Shown: piece by piece, positions 28,861 through 39,216 of the stretch | Layout: every line of letters starts with the position of its first letter | Numbering within the stretch: the stretch's first letter is position 1 | Source of the DNA: Candidatus Heimdallarchaeum endolithica | Lineage (GTDB): Archaea > Asgardarchaeota > Heimdallarchaeia > Heimdallarchaeales > Heimdallarchaeaceae | Length of the DNA: 64,000 nt | Reading direction: 5' to 3' | NCBI GenBank assembly: GCA_021513715.1 | Contig: CP084167.1 | Location: 256,001-320,000 of the forward strand | Made by a program: the position numbers and the translations under genes | Notes under the pieces: generated by a model | The model's input: only the letters and a program-made list of their open reading frames with translations | Database searches by the model: none | What the model was told of the DNA's origin: nothing

Positions 28861-30693
28861 TTACTTTTCTTCTTTATCTAATTTAGGTTCTATCAATACC
28901 TCTGTATCTTGCAATTCTTCTTTTTTCTCCAACAACTCTGTTGTTTTTACATAAGTTTCTGGTTCTTCTATCATTGAATGTTCAGCATGAATGATTGAAT
29001 CGCTTTCTAAGTTAAATGGTAGATAAATTATATCTTTCTCAATATATTTCGCAATTTTATTCAAATCTGGAACAAAATAGGTGTAAGGATCATAATATTT
29101 AGGAGCCAGTAATCTACTCATATTGTATGAAGGTTTTTCATTGTCAAAAGCCAAAAATAAGTTATAAAGATAAATCTCTATTTCATCTGAATGTTGATGA
29201 CCTAGTGAAGCATATAAGTCTTCAAAAACCTCTGAAATTGTCTGTTTAAATTGTTTTATAGAGATTGTACCTATAACTAAACTTAACAAATAACCTAGTA
29301 AAGCAAAAGCAAAAGAATTTCTAGGTTCAAAAGAAGCTTTCTTAGAGACATAAATTAAATCTTTTGCATATTCTTTTAATCTATCAGTTTTATCTTTTGA
29401 AATATCAAGTGTAAGCCTTACCAGTATTCTTAAACCATTCATAGTAGGATAACGATCTTTTCCTGTTTCTGAAAAGACATAAGCAAACTTTTTTTCTACT
29501 TCTTCTAGTAGGGAATAGTCATTTAACTTTAAAGCTATTAATCCACTCCAAGGTATCAATTCTTCTAATAGAAAAGATACTCCGTCTGCTAATTGGCTAT
29601 TTATAAAATCAGGTTGATCCATCATTTCTTTATATCTTTGCAGAAAATTAAAAAAATTGATGAACACAGTTTCTCTAAGAGAGTTTAGGATATTAACATC
29701 ACCCTCTTTAAAGAACTTATAAAGGGAATAAAAACCTTTAACATAAACTTTTGTAAGATCTAATTGATAGAGAGATTCTAAAACAGTTTCATCTTCTAGA
29801 GGAGATTCGTTGTAGCCGAATGTCTTTTTTTCTGCATGCTCTTTTAAATCAGAAATATAAAAATCCAACTTATCAAGAATTTTATAGACTGTTTTCCAGA
29901 AATCTTCAGGAGTTTTAACAGCAAATGTTTCATTTTCTACATTTATCTCTCGGTCAAAAAAGAACTTTTGGCTTATAAGAAAATTGTTTATTATTTCATC
30001 GATTCCAAAAAATAGAGCATAATACATTGAATAATTTGGTTTTGAGGCATTCAACCTTCTTTTCTTTTCCAAAGCAACGTTTTTAGGAATATCCCAGAAT
30101 AAATCACTGTAGTATAAATATTGCTCACAAGCCTTCAAAGCTTCTGTTAACCAATGTTCAACATCATGTTTGTAAACTACATCCAATGTATTAACTAAAG
30201 TAAAGAAGAAACCCATGGCTGAATCAAGATAGTTTAAAATAATTACACGCCTTTTATGAAATTGATGGTGTCCCCAAGGAACATAAAGATCATCAACATT
30301 TAATGTTTGTATTCCTAGTAAAGCATTAGCTAGTGCATTTGCTGTTCCTGCAATGCTTAATTCTCCTGCTTGCCCCCACATATTAGCATAAAAAGTTGCA
30401 AAATTTAATCTGAAAATTTCAATTTCGTACCAAGGGAATAAAAGATCTGAAGGGGTCATATTATTCATTATTTCTGTGATTTTGCCTAAAATTTTTTCAA
30501 AATAATCAGAAGAAGCCTTACTGTTAATGTTAAAATCCATTGGAATCTCCGAGAGGATATCCTTCAATTCATAAATTTTTTGAGATAACAATATTTCAGT
30601 TCTTCGTTCAGAATAATATGCCCAACGCTTGTTCGTCGCAATTTCAAAGATCTCATCTAGCAACAAAAGAATTTTATCGAAGACTTCTGACAT
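28861..30693 (-). CDS. Hypothetical alpha-helical (solenoid-like) protein
   Basis: 610-aa ORF of amphipathic helices; no motif recognised. Confidence 0.7.
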   Translation of the reverse strand: MSEVFDKILLLLDEIFEIATNKRWAYYSERRTEILLSQKIYELKDILSEIPMDFNINSKASSDYFEKILGKITEIMNNMTPSDLLFPWYEIEIFRLNFATFYANMWGQAGELSIAGTANALANALLGIQTLNVDDLYVPWGHHQFHKRRVIILNYLDSAMGFFFTLVNTLDVVYKHDVEHWLTEALKACEQYLYYSDLFWDIPKNVALEKKRRLNASKPNYSMYYALFFGIDEIINNFLISQKFFFDREINVENETFAVKTPEDFWKTVYKILDKLDFYISDLKEHAEKKTFGYNESPLEDETVLESLYQLDLTKVYVKGFYSLYKFFKEGDVNILNSLRETVFINFFNFLQRYKEMMDQPDFINSQLADGVSFLLEELIPWSGLIALKLNDYSLLEEVEKKFAYVFSETGKDRYPTMNGLRILVRLTLDISKDKTDRLKEYAKDLIYVSKKASFEPRNSFAFALLGYLLSLVIGTISIKQFKQTISEVFEDLYASLGHQHSDEIEIYLYNLFLAFDNEKPSYNMSRLLAPKYYDPYTYFVPDLNKIAKYIEKDIIYLPFNLESDSIIHAEHSMIEEPETYVKTTELLEKKEELQDTEVLIEPKLDKEEK

Positions 30694-30797
30694 GTTATCT
30701 ACCGTCGCTAGAGAAACAAAGGAACGAACTTTATTTTAAAAGTATACTTATTGACAATTAAGAAATAAGAAAAAATAAAATTGAACTTAAAAAGATT

Positions 30798-31985
30798 CTA
30801 AGCTAAAAGAATAGATACTACGAGTATAAGTGCAATAAAAGCAAGACCAATAAAACCTCCAAATAGTAGTTGCTTTTTGTACTTACGTCTAGTTATTGTA
30901 ATTACTCCTTCTGGACAGATTTCATTACAACTAAAACATGAAATACACTTTGTATAATCAAAATAAGGTCTTTTTTCCTTTTTATCAACTACTATTGCTT
31001 GTACAGGACAGATTTTTTGACAACGTAAACATGCAATACAACCAGAACCTTTGTATTCAGGCTGTTTTTTGTTTAATTCAAAGAATATACCAATTGGAAG
31101 GAAAGAAATAAACTTTTCTGGCATTTTAAATTTATGTTTAACATCATCTATCTTTTCACCAACTATTTCTATGTCATCCAAATTACTTACTCCATAACTG
31201 TTTTCACTGGCAATCCTTGTAGTAAAAACGCGAGAAGGCTTTTCATCCATAATACTTGTTGCTACAGCATCTAAAGCTACAGCATCCTTACTTGCTAAGA
31301 TAAGATCCATTTTAACAGGAGAACCATGAGAAGGTCCATGCCCTTCCATTGCTATAGAAGCATCCATCACATTCATTACAATTTTATCTTTTAATATAGA
31401 ATAAATATCTACTAAACACTTACTGAAGCCTTTAGCAGTATTTCCTACTGCATGTATTCTTGATTTCTCCATTCCAGGTATTGTCCCAAAAAGATTTTTT
31501 ATAGCTAAAGTCACTCTTGTTAAAGTGTGAGTTTTCATCTTTGGAACGTTTATAATTACTGAATTTAGAGACAGGTTAGAGAAAGTTGTTTTTTTAAGTT
31601 TTAAAGGATTCTTTGGTTCTACCTCTGTGGACCCGTTTGATGAAATTTGACAAACAGTTACTCCCTCTTCTTCTAGTTTAGAAAAACCTGTTTTTTCAAT
31701 TACTTTAGAAGTATCAAGTCCACTACCAGATGAATCAGCAACATAAATCTTGCTTTTATAATCTTTTTCTTTTACTATTTTAATTATTGATCTTACAACT
31801 TCAGGGTTTGTAATTATAGGTATAGTTTCTTCTTCTGTCTTTTTAAAAGTAAGTATATTGGGTTTAATTAAAATATCTTTCTCTATTTTATCAGGAAGAC
31901 CACCAGCTAGTTCAATAGCTTCTTTCACTGCAGAAAGAAAGTCACCATTTTTTATTCTAACTATTGCTACTTTAGGCTTTTTCAT
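30798..31985 (-). CDS. DUF362 domain protein with 2x[4Fe-4S] ferredoxin and C-terminal TM anchor
   Basis: LIKPN, PKMKTH, KNLFG, MEGHGP, CIACLRCQKICP, CISCFSCNEICP. Confidence 0.9.
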   Translation of the reverse strand: MKKPKVAIVRIKNGDFLSAVKEAIELAGGLPDKIEKDILIKPNILTFKKTEEETIPIITNPEVVRSIIKIVKEKDYKSKIYVADSSGSGLDTSKVIEKTGFSKLEEEGVTVCQISSNGSTEVEPKNPLKLKKTTFSNLSLNSVIINVPKMKTHTLTRVTLAIKNLFGTIPGMEKSRIHAVGNTAKGFSKCLVDIYSILKDKIVMNVMDASIAMEGHGPSHGSPVKMDLILASKDAVALDAVATSIMDEKPSRVFTTRIASENSYGVSNLDDIEIVGEKIDDVKHKFKMPEKFISFLPIGIFFELNKKQPEYKGSGCIACLRCQKICPVQAIVVDKKEKRPYFDYTKCISCFSCNEICPEGVITITRRKYKKQLLFGGFIGLAFIALILVVSILLA

Positions 31986-32012
31986 AAAATCACATAATTT
32001 GTTTTACTTTTT

Positions 32013-32819
32013 CTATTTAATTTTGATTGCATCTATTGAATTTATAATAAAATCAGCGTTTTTCAAATCTTCTTTACTTGATCTTCCTGTTAAAACGCCA
32101 ATAGCAGCTAAAGCTCCAGCATTTTTTGCTAATAACATATCGTTATTATCATCACCAATTACTATACTTTTATGAGGATCTACTTCAAGCAATTTACAAG
32201 AATATTGCAACATATCAGGTGCTGGTTTAGGATTATATGGTGAATCTTCATCTATACCTAAAACAAGATCGAAATAATCTAGTAATTTACTATTTTTAAG
32301 ATGCCTTTTAGCTGCATCAGTACTATCAAAAGTGGTCATAACAATTTTAATACCTTTTTCTTTTAATGTTTTAAGAAACAGTTCAATACCAGGATAAACT
32401 TTAGTGTGTTTTGATAAGTCAACACTTTCATCAATTTCATTGAAGAGTTCAGAAATTTCTTTAAAACTTGCATTAACTGAATTTTTTCTCAAGAATTCAA
32501 TTGTTGCCCTTATATTTTCCAAACGAGGCATATGTATTCTTCCCCCCATTATTATTTGTTCATTTGAATCTAGACCCATTATTTCTAAAATCTCTTTTTT
32601 TGTTTCTTTTTCCAGATTATATCTTTTTACTAATTCTTCTGCACGTTTTTTCATTACAGGAAAATACATATCATAAGTTAGGACTGTACCATCTTTGTCT
32701 ATACAAACTAGTTCAATTCCTTTCAGTTTATTATTTTCAATTTGAAAAGTTACCATGTGAATTATTTTTTTTATTTCAATAAAAAACTTTCTCAAATAGG
32801 ACAATATTAATTCATTCAA
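32013..32819 (-). CDS. HAD-family hydrolase (phosphoglycolate phosphatase-like); start probably at MVTFQ (32756)
   Basis: DKDGTV, KPAPD, IGDDNND..AKNAG. Confidence 0.88.
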   Translation of the reverse strand: MNELILSYLRKFFIEIKKIIHMVTFQIENNKLKGIELVCIDKDGTVLTYDMYFPVMKKRAEELVKRYNLEKETKKEILEIMGLDSNEQIIMGGRIHMPRLENIRATIEFLRKNSVNASFKEISELFNEIDESVDLSKHTKVYPGIELFLKTLKEKGIKIVMTTFDSTDAAKRHLKNSKLLDYFDLVLGIDEDSPYNPKPAPDMLQYSCKLLEVDPHKSIVIGDDNNDMLLAKNAGALAAIGVLTGRSSKEDLKNADFIINSIDAIKIK

Positions 32820-32952
32820 GTTAGAACTCTGAGATACTCAAGGTTTTTACCTATCTAGAAAGGATTAAATAAAATAGTTATCAAATTGAAATTAATTACT
32901 TATCTCAGAAAAATGTGAAAAAAAATATTTAACAACAAAAAAAAAGAAAGAA

Positions 32953-34740
32953 TTAATAACTAATAGAACCGTTTTCCTCAATCTTGATATCAAGATAGTT
33001 CTCTAAAATTCCTTTAAGTTTGTTCTTTGTTACCCTTACATCTTCTATTATTTTTCCATCTTGTAATCTTATTAGTCTGAATCCTGGCCGTACAAGGGAT
33101 AAATCATGAGTACTCATCATTATTGTTGTGTTGTAAACCCTAGCTGTCTCCATAAGCATGGAAATAATATTTCTAGCCAATCTCGAATCTAAATTAGCTG
33201 TAGGTTCATCAGCAAAGATTACTGGAGTATGTCTAGAAAGAGCTACTGCTAGAGCTGCACGCTGTTTTTCTCCTGCTGAAAGTTCTGGAGGATATTGATT
33301 TAGCCTATGATCAATTTTACATTCCTCTGCGATTTCTAGAAAATCAATTTGTGAGTAAAAGTCTTTAATTCCATTGAATATTTCTGGTATCTCCATATTT
33401 TCTTTTACTGTATATTGACTGAAAAGATTATTTACTTGACTAATCATTGCTATATCTTTGAAACGCATATTAGATATCGTTGAGCCACTTTCTTCAGATA
33501 TGTTTATTCCATCAATTATTATTTCTCCAGAAGTTGGCTTTTCTACACCTGAAACCACATTCATAAGAGTAGTTTTTCCTGCTCCACTTTTTCCTGCAAT
33601 GACTACAAAATCTCCCTTTTGGATATTGAAACTTATTCCTTTTAGAACTTCATGAGTACGTTTTCCTAATGGGAAAGACTTAACAAGATTTCTTACTTCT
33701 ATAATATTTCTATCTGATAAATCAGCTAAAAACTCTTGCTCCATTATAGGTCTAACTTCATCAAAAGAAACTTTATGTTCTTCTTCCTCTTCCTCAATCT
33801 TTTCTTCTATATCGGAATATTCATGGGTTTTAGGTAATAATTCATAAATTTCTTTCTTTGTAACATTATTAGGATTAAATAAGATTGAAAACTTCTTTGA
33901 AGGATGTATATCAAACTCAACAATATGCTTAAATTCACCAGTTTGATAAACTTCATCTGGCAATCTTACAAATTGACTGCTATCAATCACTGATTGAAGA
34001 GTAGACTCTTGAGGCTTTACAAGAAAATCAAGTTCAGAACGATCCATTTCAACGTTGACACCAACTAATCTTCCATCACGAATAATGTAACTCTTATTGA
34101 ATGCATTTCTAAATCTCAGATCATGTGTAACTACTAGAATCGTGGTGTTAAAAGCTCTATTAAGATCTTTAAATGTTTCAATGATGTTGTTAGTATTAGC
34201 AGTGTCCAATTGTCCAGTAGGTTCATCAGCGAGAATGATTTTTGGTTTTTTAGCTAAGGTAACACCGATACTAGTTCGTACTGCTTCTCCTCCAGATATT
34301 TTAGTTACTGGATTATAACGAATTCTTTCAATATTTAATGTCGACAATAGTTCATCAAGTTCTTTTCTCGCTCTTTGTCTACTTGCATATCTCATTTTTA
34401 GTGGTAAAAGTATATTCTGTTCCACAGTTAAATTAGGAATCAAGTTTTGCGCAACAAATTGATTAATTATTCCTATATTCTTGAATCTAAATATTTGCAT
34501 TTCTTTTTCTGAAAGATCAACAATATTTGTATCACCGATATATACTGAACCTCCAGAAGCTGTTTCCAATCCACACAGGATTTTAATTAATGTACTTTTT
34601 CCTGCTCCTGATGGGCCTATTATTGAAGCTACTTCTCCTTCTTTCACAAATAAATCTAACCCACGTAAAGCAGAAACCCTTACATCTGTTTCTGGGTCAT
34701 GATATACTTTTATTAGATCTTTAACATATATTCCACTCAT
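32953..34740 (-). CDS. ABC ATPase with two NBDs and a central AbrB-like domain (paralog of 5650..7407)
   Basis: GPSGAGKS, ISGGE, DEPTGQLD; VIDSSQFVRLPDEV; GKSGAGKT, LSAGEKQR, DEPTANLD. Confidence 0.9.
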   Translation of the reverse strand: MSGIYVKDLIKVYHDPETDVRVSALRGLDLFVKEGEVASIIGPSGAGKSTLIKILCGLETASGGSVYIGDTNIVDLSEKEMQIFRFKNIGIINQFVAQNLIPNLTVEQNILLPLKMRYASRQRARKELDELLSTLNIERIRYNPVTKISGGEAVRTSIGVTLAKKPKIILADEPTGQLDTANTNNIIETFKDLNRAFNTTILVVTHDLRFRNAFNKSYIIRDGRLVGVNVEMDRSELDFLVKPQESTLQSVIDSSQFVRLPDEVYQTGEFKHIVEFDIHPSKKFSILFNPNNVTKKEIYELLPKTHEYSDIEEKIEEEEEEHKVSFDEVRPIMEQEFLADLSDRNIIEVRNLVKSFPLGKRTHEVLKGISFNIQKGDFVVIAGKSGAGKTTLMNVVSGVEKPTSGEIIIDGINISEESGSTISNMRFKDIAMISQVNNLFSQYTVKENMEIPEIFNGIKDFYSQIDFLEIAEECKIDHRLNQYPPELSAGEKQRAALAVALSRHTPVIFADEPTANLDSRLARNIISMLMETARVYNTTIMMSTHDLSLVRPGFRLIRLQDGKIIEDVRVTKNKLKGILENYLDIKIEENGSISY

Positions 34741-34745
34741 TTACA

Positions 34746-37700
34746 TCACTCCAATTGTGTGGGAGAATATTTAGCGAATTCTCTACGCAAATTAAATGTC
34801 AAACTAATATACAGTATAATAGGTAAAGCCAAGAAACTTAACAGCAACGGAATTAACGGATATTGCATTGATAATGGATAGGGTTCTGCCCCATAGCTTA
34901 AAAGACCCAACATTGGTTTTATTACTGAAAATCCAAATATCGACCCTAGCAACATGGAAGGTATAATCGCAGCAATGAAACTTTCTACTGCAGATAAATT
35001 AATTATTGTCGTTACATTGATTCCCATTTTCTTCATAATATCGTGTTTAATAACTCTCTTTTCTAATATTTTTGTGGCCGTAGTAAAGCTTGAAAATACT
35101 AACACTACCACTGCTATAAATAACGAAAGTATCATTTCGATAATAAAGATATTATAGAGAGGTGTTTTCAGGTTATCTTTCAAACTATTGAAACTTTGGA
35201 CATATGCTCCTCCTGAAATCTCAAAAACTTGTTGAGCAACAGGACCTATTTGACTTTGACTCGTTGGCTTAATCAACAAAGCAGAAGAAGTTAATAATCT
35301 TCTTGTAACAACGTTTTTCAATATTGTATCAAAACATTCTGCTGTTACAATCATCATTAGCTCTTCATCTTGCTTATCTTTTTCAAGGAAGAAAATAGGA
35401 AATAGATCAAAAGTTGATATTACTGTCATTGTATGGTTATATTTATGTACAAATTTGTCATATTTTGTATCAAAAGTTGCATCAGGATGTATAAGAAAAA
35501 TCTCATCTCCCACTTCTTTCTTGTACTTTTCTGATAATGTCCTGCTAATTATTACAGTGTCTTTTGTGAGAGAAGCTAGTTGTTGCCAATTGAACTTTAC
35601 TACTGTTGTAGGAGGTTGACGTACTGTTTGCAAAAAGCTAGTAGTATTTATAACCATAATCTTCGTTCCATGATAGCCTAAATTATAATCACTATACATT
35701 GTATACAGTCTTACATAAGAAGCAGAATCTACTCCTTCTATTGCTGTAATGTTTTCTATCGAAATTCCACTTGAATACTTATGCCAATTAGGAACCATTA
35801 ATTCAGCACCGTTCATAAAGTAGGCTTGATTGGTTAGTGTTTTTTCTTTTGAAAATGGAACAATTATAGAAGGAATGATAATTCCAATAAGTAACAAGAA
35901 TATCAAGGTTATATTTTCGAAATATTTTATATCTTTGGATATTTCAGCAAAAACAAACCTGAACTTGTTTTTCTTCTCTGAATTCCAAATAACAGTTCCA
36001 ATTCCTTTCCAAATAATAGATAAAAACTTCATTAATAGTGGCAAAGCTCCTATTAAAGTAAATAGTGCACCAATAATTGTAAGATTAAGAAACAGTGGGA
36101 AGTTTTTCGTACTAGCTTCAATATAAGCTACAAAGGTTAAGTAGTAGAAAACTCCAAATATCAGCATGCCTATGAGTAGAAAACTTAGTTCTCTCCAGCT
36201 AATACTTTTAAACAACTTTGAAAGCTTACTTGGAGTTTTTTCTATTCTCCTTTCTCTTCTGACAATTAAAAGTATTCTAGGAATCGAAATAGTGAACAAA
36301 ATTAAGGCAGTTAAAAGCATTTCAACTGGAAGATTTCCTATTCTCAATTCTGTATCCATATTGTTAAATGACAGAAATCCATTTATCCTGATTAATGGTA
36401 TTGAAGTAAGTATCGCAATTCCGTAGCTTATAATTGTAGCTATAATTACTTCAAAAAATCTTATCCAGACATAAATAGAGACCATTGTTCTTCTCCTTAC
36501 TCCTCGATTTTTTAGTATAGCTACTTCTTGTTGATAACTTGAAGAGAAGAGTTCTGAAGATTCAAATATCATAAAAATTGATAACAATATAGCAGGAAAA
36601 GCAAAGATAAACAGACGTGTCATGTTATTTAAATAATAACGGTTAAAGTCAGTGAAGAAATCAATTATTTCTTGTGTGAAAACTATTGCTGAAGAAGCAT
36701 CATGACTTAATGAATAAGTAATTCCTACATGCTTTTCATATTCCTTTGATATAATTGTTCTTTCTTCTATCTTAAAGTTTGAAAATTTTAGATTAAATTG
36801 ATAAATTCCTCGAAGTTGCATATTTAACTTTTTGCTGTTTGAAAGTAACTTAAACAGATTACTATTATACAAGACTATTTGAGAAGTTTCTAGTAAGCCG
36901 AAAATGTCATTTGATTCACCTAGGAACAAACTTGTTTTATAAAGTTCAGATGTGGTTACTTGTTCAAAGATTCCTACAATTGTTAAATTGACAGTATAAT
37001 CTTTAACTTCATCTGACAAGACAGATTTTTGAGACAAGATCACACTTATATTACTGTTGAGAGACAATTCAAAATCTCTGAAAAGTGAACCTTTAATCAA
37101 GATCTCATTATCAGATTGTGGAATACGCCCTTCAGTTATAACAGAAGATAAATAAGCTTCAGAATCATCAGGAAGAGAAGAAATCTTAACTTCTTTATTG
37201 TAATCTACTGTAGGATGTTGTGCTCTGACAAAACTATAATAAGCTGATTCAATAGAAGTGATATATTTAGAAATTGTAAGGTCACTAATTATTGAACGAA
37301 TTTGAGATTTGGCTAAGCTATCATAATTTTCAGCAACTGTAACAGAGCCCTCATTGATCTTAACTATGTTTGTTACCAAACTTACACTTGCTTTTCCATC
37401 TGAAATAATGTTATTAGCAGAATAATAAGACTTAACTAAAGAAGATTGCTCACTTTGAGAAATGATTATTGCAGAACCAAGCAAATAACCTGTGATTATA
37501 AAACCAGCAAGAGTTATTAAAGTTCGCTTTTTATTGGAAAAACCTATCGTTTTAACTGTACTAAAGAAATTATATAAGTATCTGTTTATATTTAAGAAAA
37601 AAAGTATGAATTTTTTATGTTCTCCAACTTCTGAAGTATCGTAAAAGAATGATTTAATTGCTTTTGCTTTTCTTATCCATAATATTGCAAGAAGAGCAAA

Positions 37701-39044
37701 TATGATTACGATTAGCACACATATTGCAATTACTATTGGAATGTTATTTTTAACAAAATAGGTGAAAGGATTATATAATTGTAAACCATTATCGATAATT
37801 GGTTCTATAGAAGCAATTTGTATATTGGTTACTAAGATTAAGGAAATTGCAGTTTCATTTTTATATTGTAGACCAATTGGATGGGGAATCTGTTTTGTAC
37901 ATATTGTTGAATTATAAAGAAGCAAGTAGCTAGAATCAAAGAGTGTGAAAGAATAACTGTAAGGAGAAATCTTTTCAGATGTTGTTACTGGTTGAAATTC
38001 CCAAAGAAGTGTTAAATTGTTATATTTTCCTCTAAATATAGAAACATAATCCATACCTTCTGATTTTGTTATTAGAATCATTTGTTCTGTATTATTTTCA
38101 GTATTAAGAGAGAAATCATAATAATTATCCTGTGTTAAAATACTTTGTGTAGTATTGGTAACATGTGTCCCATTAAACCACCCATAAAACATTCTCTTCT
38201 TTTCAAAAAAGGCAAATGTGAATATTTTATCATTGCTACCTTTTTCTGCATCAAATTTACCTACTTCACCAACTACATCATTCGAGAATTTCTTCACAAT
38301 CAGAGGGTAGAAAGTTTTATTATCTAAAATTCCAAAACCAAAGTCTCCTTTAAATTCTCCCTTATTATAACTATCTTCCCATTTTTGATAGAAATAATAA
38401 ATTGTTCCGTTATTTACTACAAAATCTAAACCTACTCTATAATATGGATTAGAAATGGAAAAGTATTCTTTTTTAAATGAACCTTCTCTACCATAATAAT
38501 GAGTTATATTCATAAATCTATTATCATCACCATAGTATCTATTAAAGAATAGATGAGTTGTACCATTATCTATCACTACTTTGAAGTAATTTATATAAGG
38601 TAAAATACTTGAAGCAATAGAAACAATAGGAATAGTTCTATTTGAAGAAGGAGACCAGGAGTATTCATAAAAACTTATAGTACCCAAAGGATTCACAGCG
38701 CTAAAGATTACAAACAAATTATCATTATAAATGAAACTATCGTAAAATGTAATTAGAGAAACGTCCTCAAGCAAATTGGCTTGAATCAACTTTGAACCAT
38801 CGCTATATAGGACAACTAATTTATCATCAACTGAAGTTCGTAAATGGACGAAAACATGAATATTTTGTTCCATATCCATTACTGGAAAAGTTTCAAGAAT
38901 TCCTCCGTCTTTTATATTTTCGGTATATAAAAGAGTATATTCTTTTTCATTTTCAGCTAGAATATATGAATTAAGAGAAATACTTACAAGTATAATTATT
39001 AATATAAAAGAACTTCTTATTTTCAACCTTATCAGAATTGGCAA
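34746..39044 (-). CDS. FtsX-family ABC permease with extra N-terminal extracellular domain (paralog of 7404..11687)
   Basis: Same architecture: EGRIPQSDNEILI, QEVAILKNRG, IMKKMG; C-terminus ..QLE versus ..NLE. Confidence 0.85.
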   Translation of the reverse strand: MPILIRLKIRSSFILIIILVSISLNSYILAENEKEYTLLYTENIKDGGILETFPVMDMEQNIHVFVHLRTSVDDKLVVLYSDGSKLIQANLLEDVSLITFYDSFIYNDNLFVIFSAVNPLGTISFYEYSWSPSSNRTIPIVSIASSILPYINYFKVVIDNGTTHLFFNRYYGDDNRFMNITHYYGREGSFKKEYFSISNPYYRVGLDFVVNNGTIYYFYQKWEDSYNKGEFKGDFGFGILDNKTFYPLIVKKFSNDVVGEVGKFDAEKGSNDKIFTFAFFEKKRMFYGWFNGTHVTNTTQSILTQDNYYDFSLNTENNTEQMILITKSEGMDYVSIFRGKYNNLTLLWEFQPVTTSEKISPYSYSFTLFDSSYLLLYNSTICTKQIPHPIGLQYKNETAISLILVTNIQIASIEPIIDNGLQLYNPFTYFVKNNIPIVIAICVLIVIIFALLAILWIRKAKAIKSFFYDTSEVGEHKKFILFFLNINRYLYNFFSTVKTIGFSNKKRTLITLAGFIITGYLLGSAIIISQSEQSSLVKSYYSANNIISDGKASVSLVTNIVKINEGSVTVAENYDSLAKSQIRSIISDLTISKYITSIESAYYSFVRAQHPTVDYNKEVKISSLPDDSEAYLSSVITEGRIPQSDNEILIKGSLFRDFELSLNSNISVILSQKSVLSDEVKDYTVNLTIVGIFEQVTTSELYKTSLFLGESNDIFGLLETSQIVLYNSNLFKLLSNSKKLNMQLRGIYQFNLKFSNFKIEERTIISKEYEKHVGITYSLSHDASSAIVFTQEIIDFFTDFNRYYLNNMTRLFIFAFPAILLSIFMIFESSELFSSSYQQEVAILKNRGVRRRTMVSIYVWIRFFEVIIATIISYGIAILTSIPLIRINGFLSFNNMDTELRIGNLPVEMLLTALILFTISIPRILLIVRRERRIEKTPSKLSKLFKSISWRELSFLLIGMLIFGVFYYLTFVAYIEASTKNFPLFLNLTIIGALFTLIGALPLLMKFLSIIWKGIGTVIWNSEKKNKFRFVFAEISKDIKYFENITLIFLLLIGIIIPSIIVPFSKEKTLTNQAYFMNGAELMVPNWHKYSSGISIENITAIEGVDSASYVRLYTMYSDYNLGYHGTKIMVINTTSFLQTVRQPPTTVVKFNWQQLASLTKDTVIISRTLSEKYKKEVGDEIFLIHPDATFDTKYDKFVHKYNHTMTVISTFDLFPIFFLEKDKQDEELMMIVTAECFDTILKNVVTRRLLTSSALLIKPTSQSQIGPVAQQVFEISGGAYVQSFNSLKDNLKTPLYNIFIIEMILSLFIAVVVLVFSSFTTATKILEKRVIKHDIMKKMGINVTTIINLSAVESFIAAIIPSMLLGSIFGFSVIKPMLGLLSYGAEPYPLSMQYPLIPLLLSFLALPIILYISLTFNLRREFAKYSPTQLE

Positions 39045-39216
39045 ACTTCATACATTTATATTTTTTTTGTAACGAAAATCACAGAATAAGATAGACAATA
39101 AAAATAAGCATAGTTTCAGTTTTTTTTTATTCATTTAAAATTTTCACAAAACTGCAAATTCAAACAACAAAACTAATTAAGTTTGAAGTTTATTTATCTA
39201 TTATAATTAAGAAAAA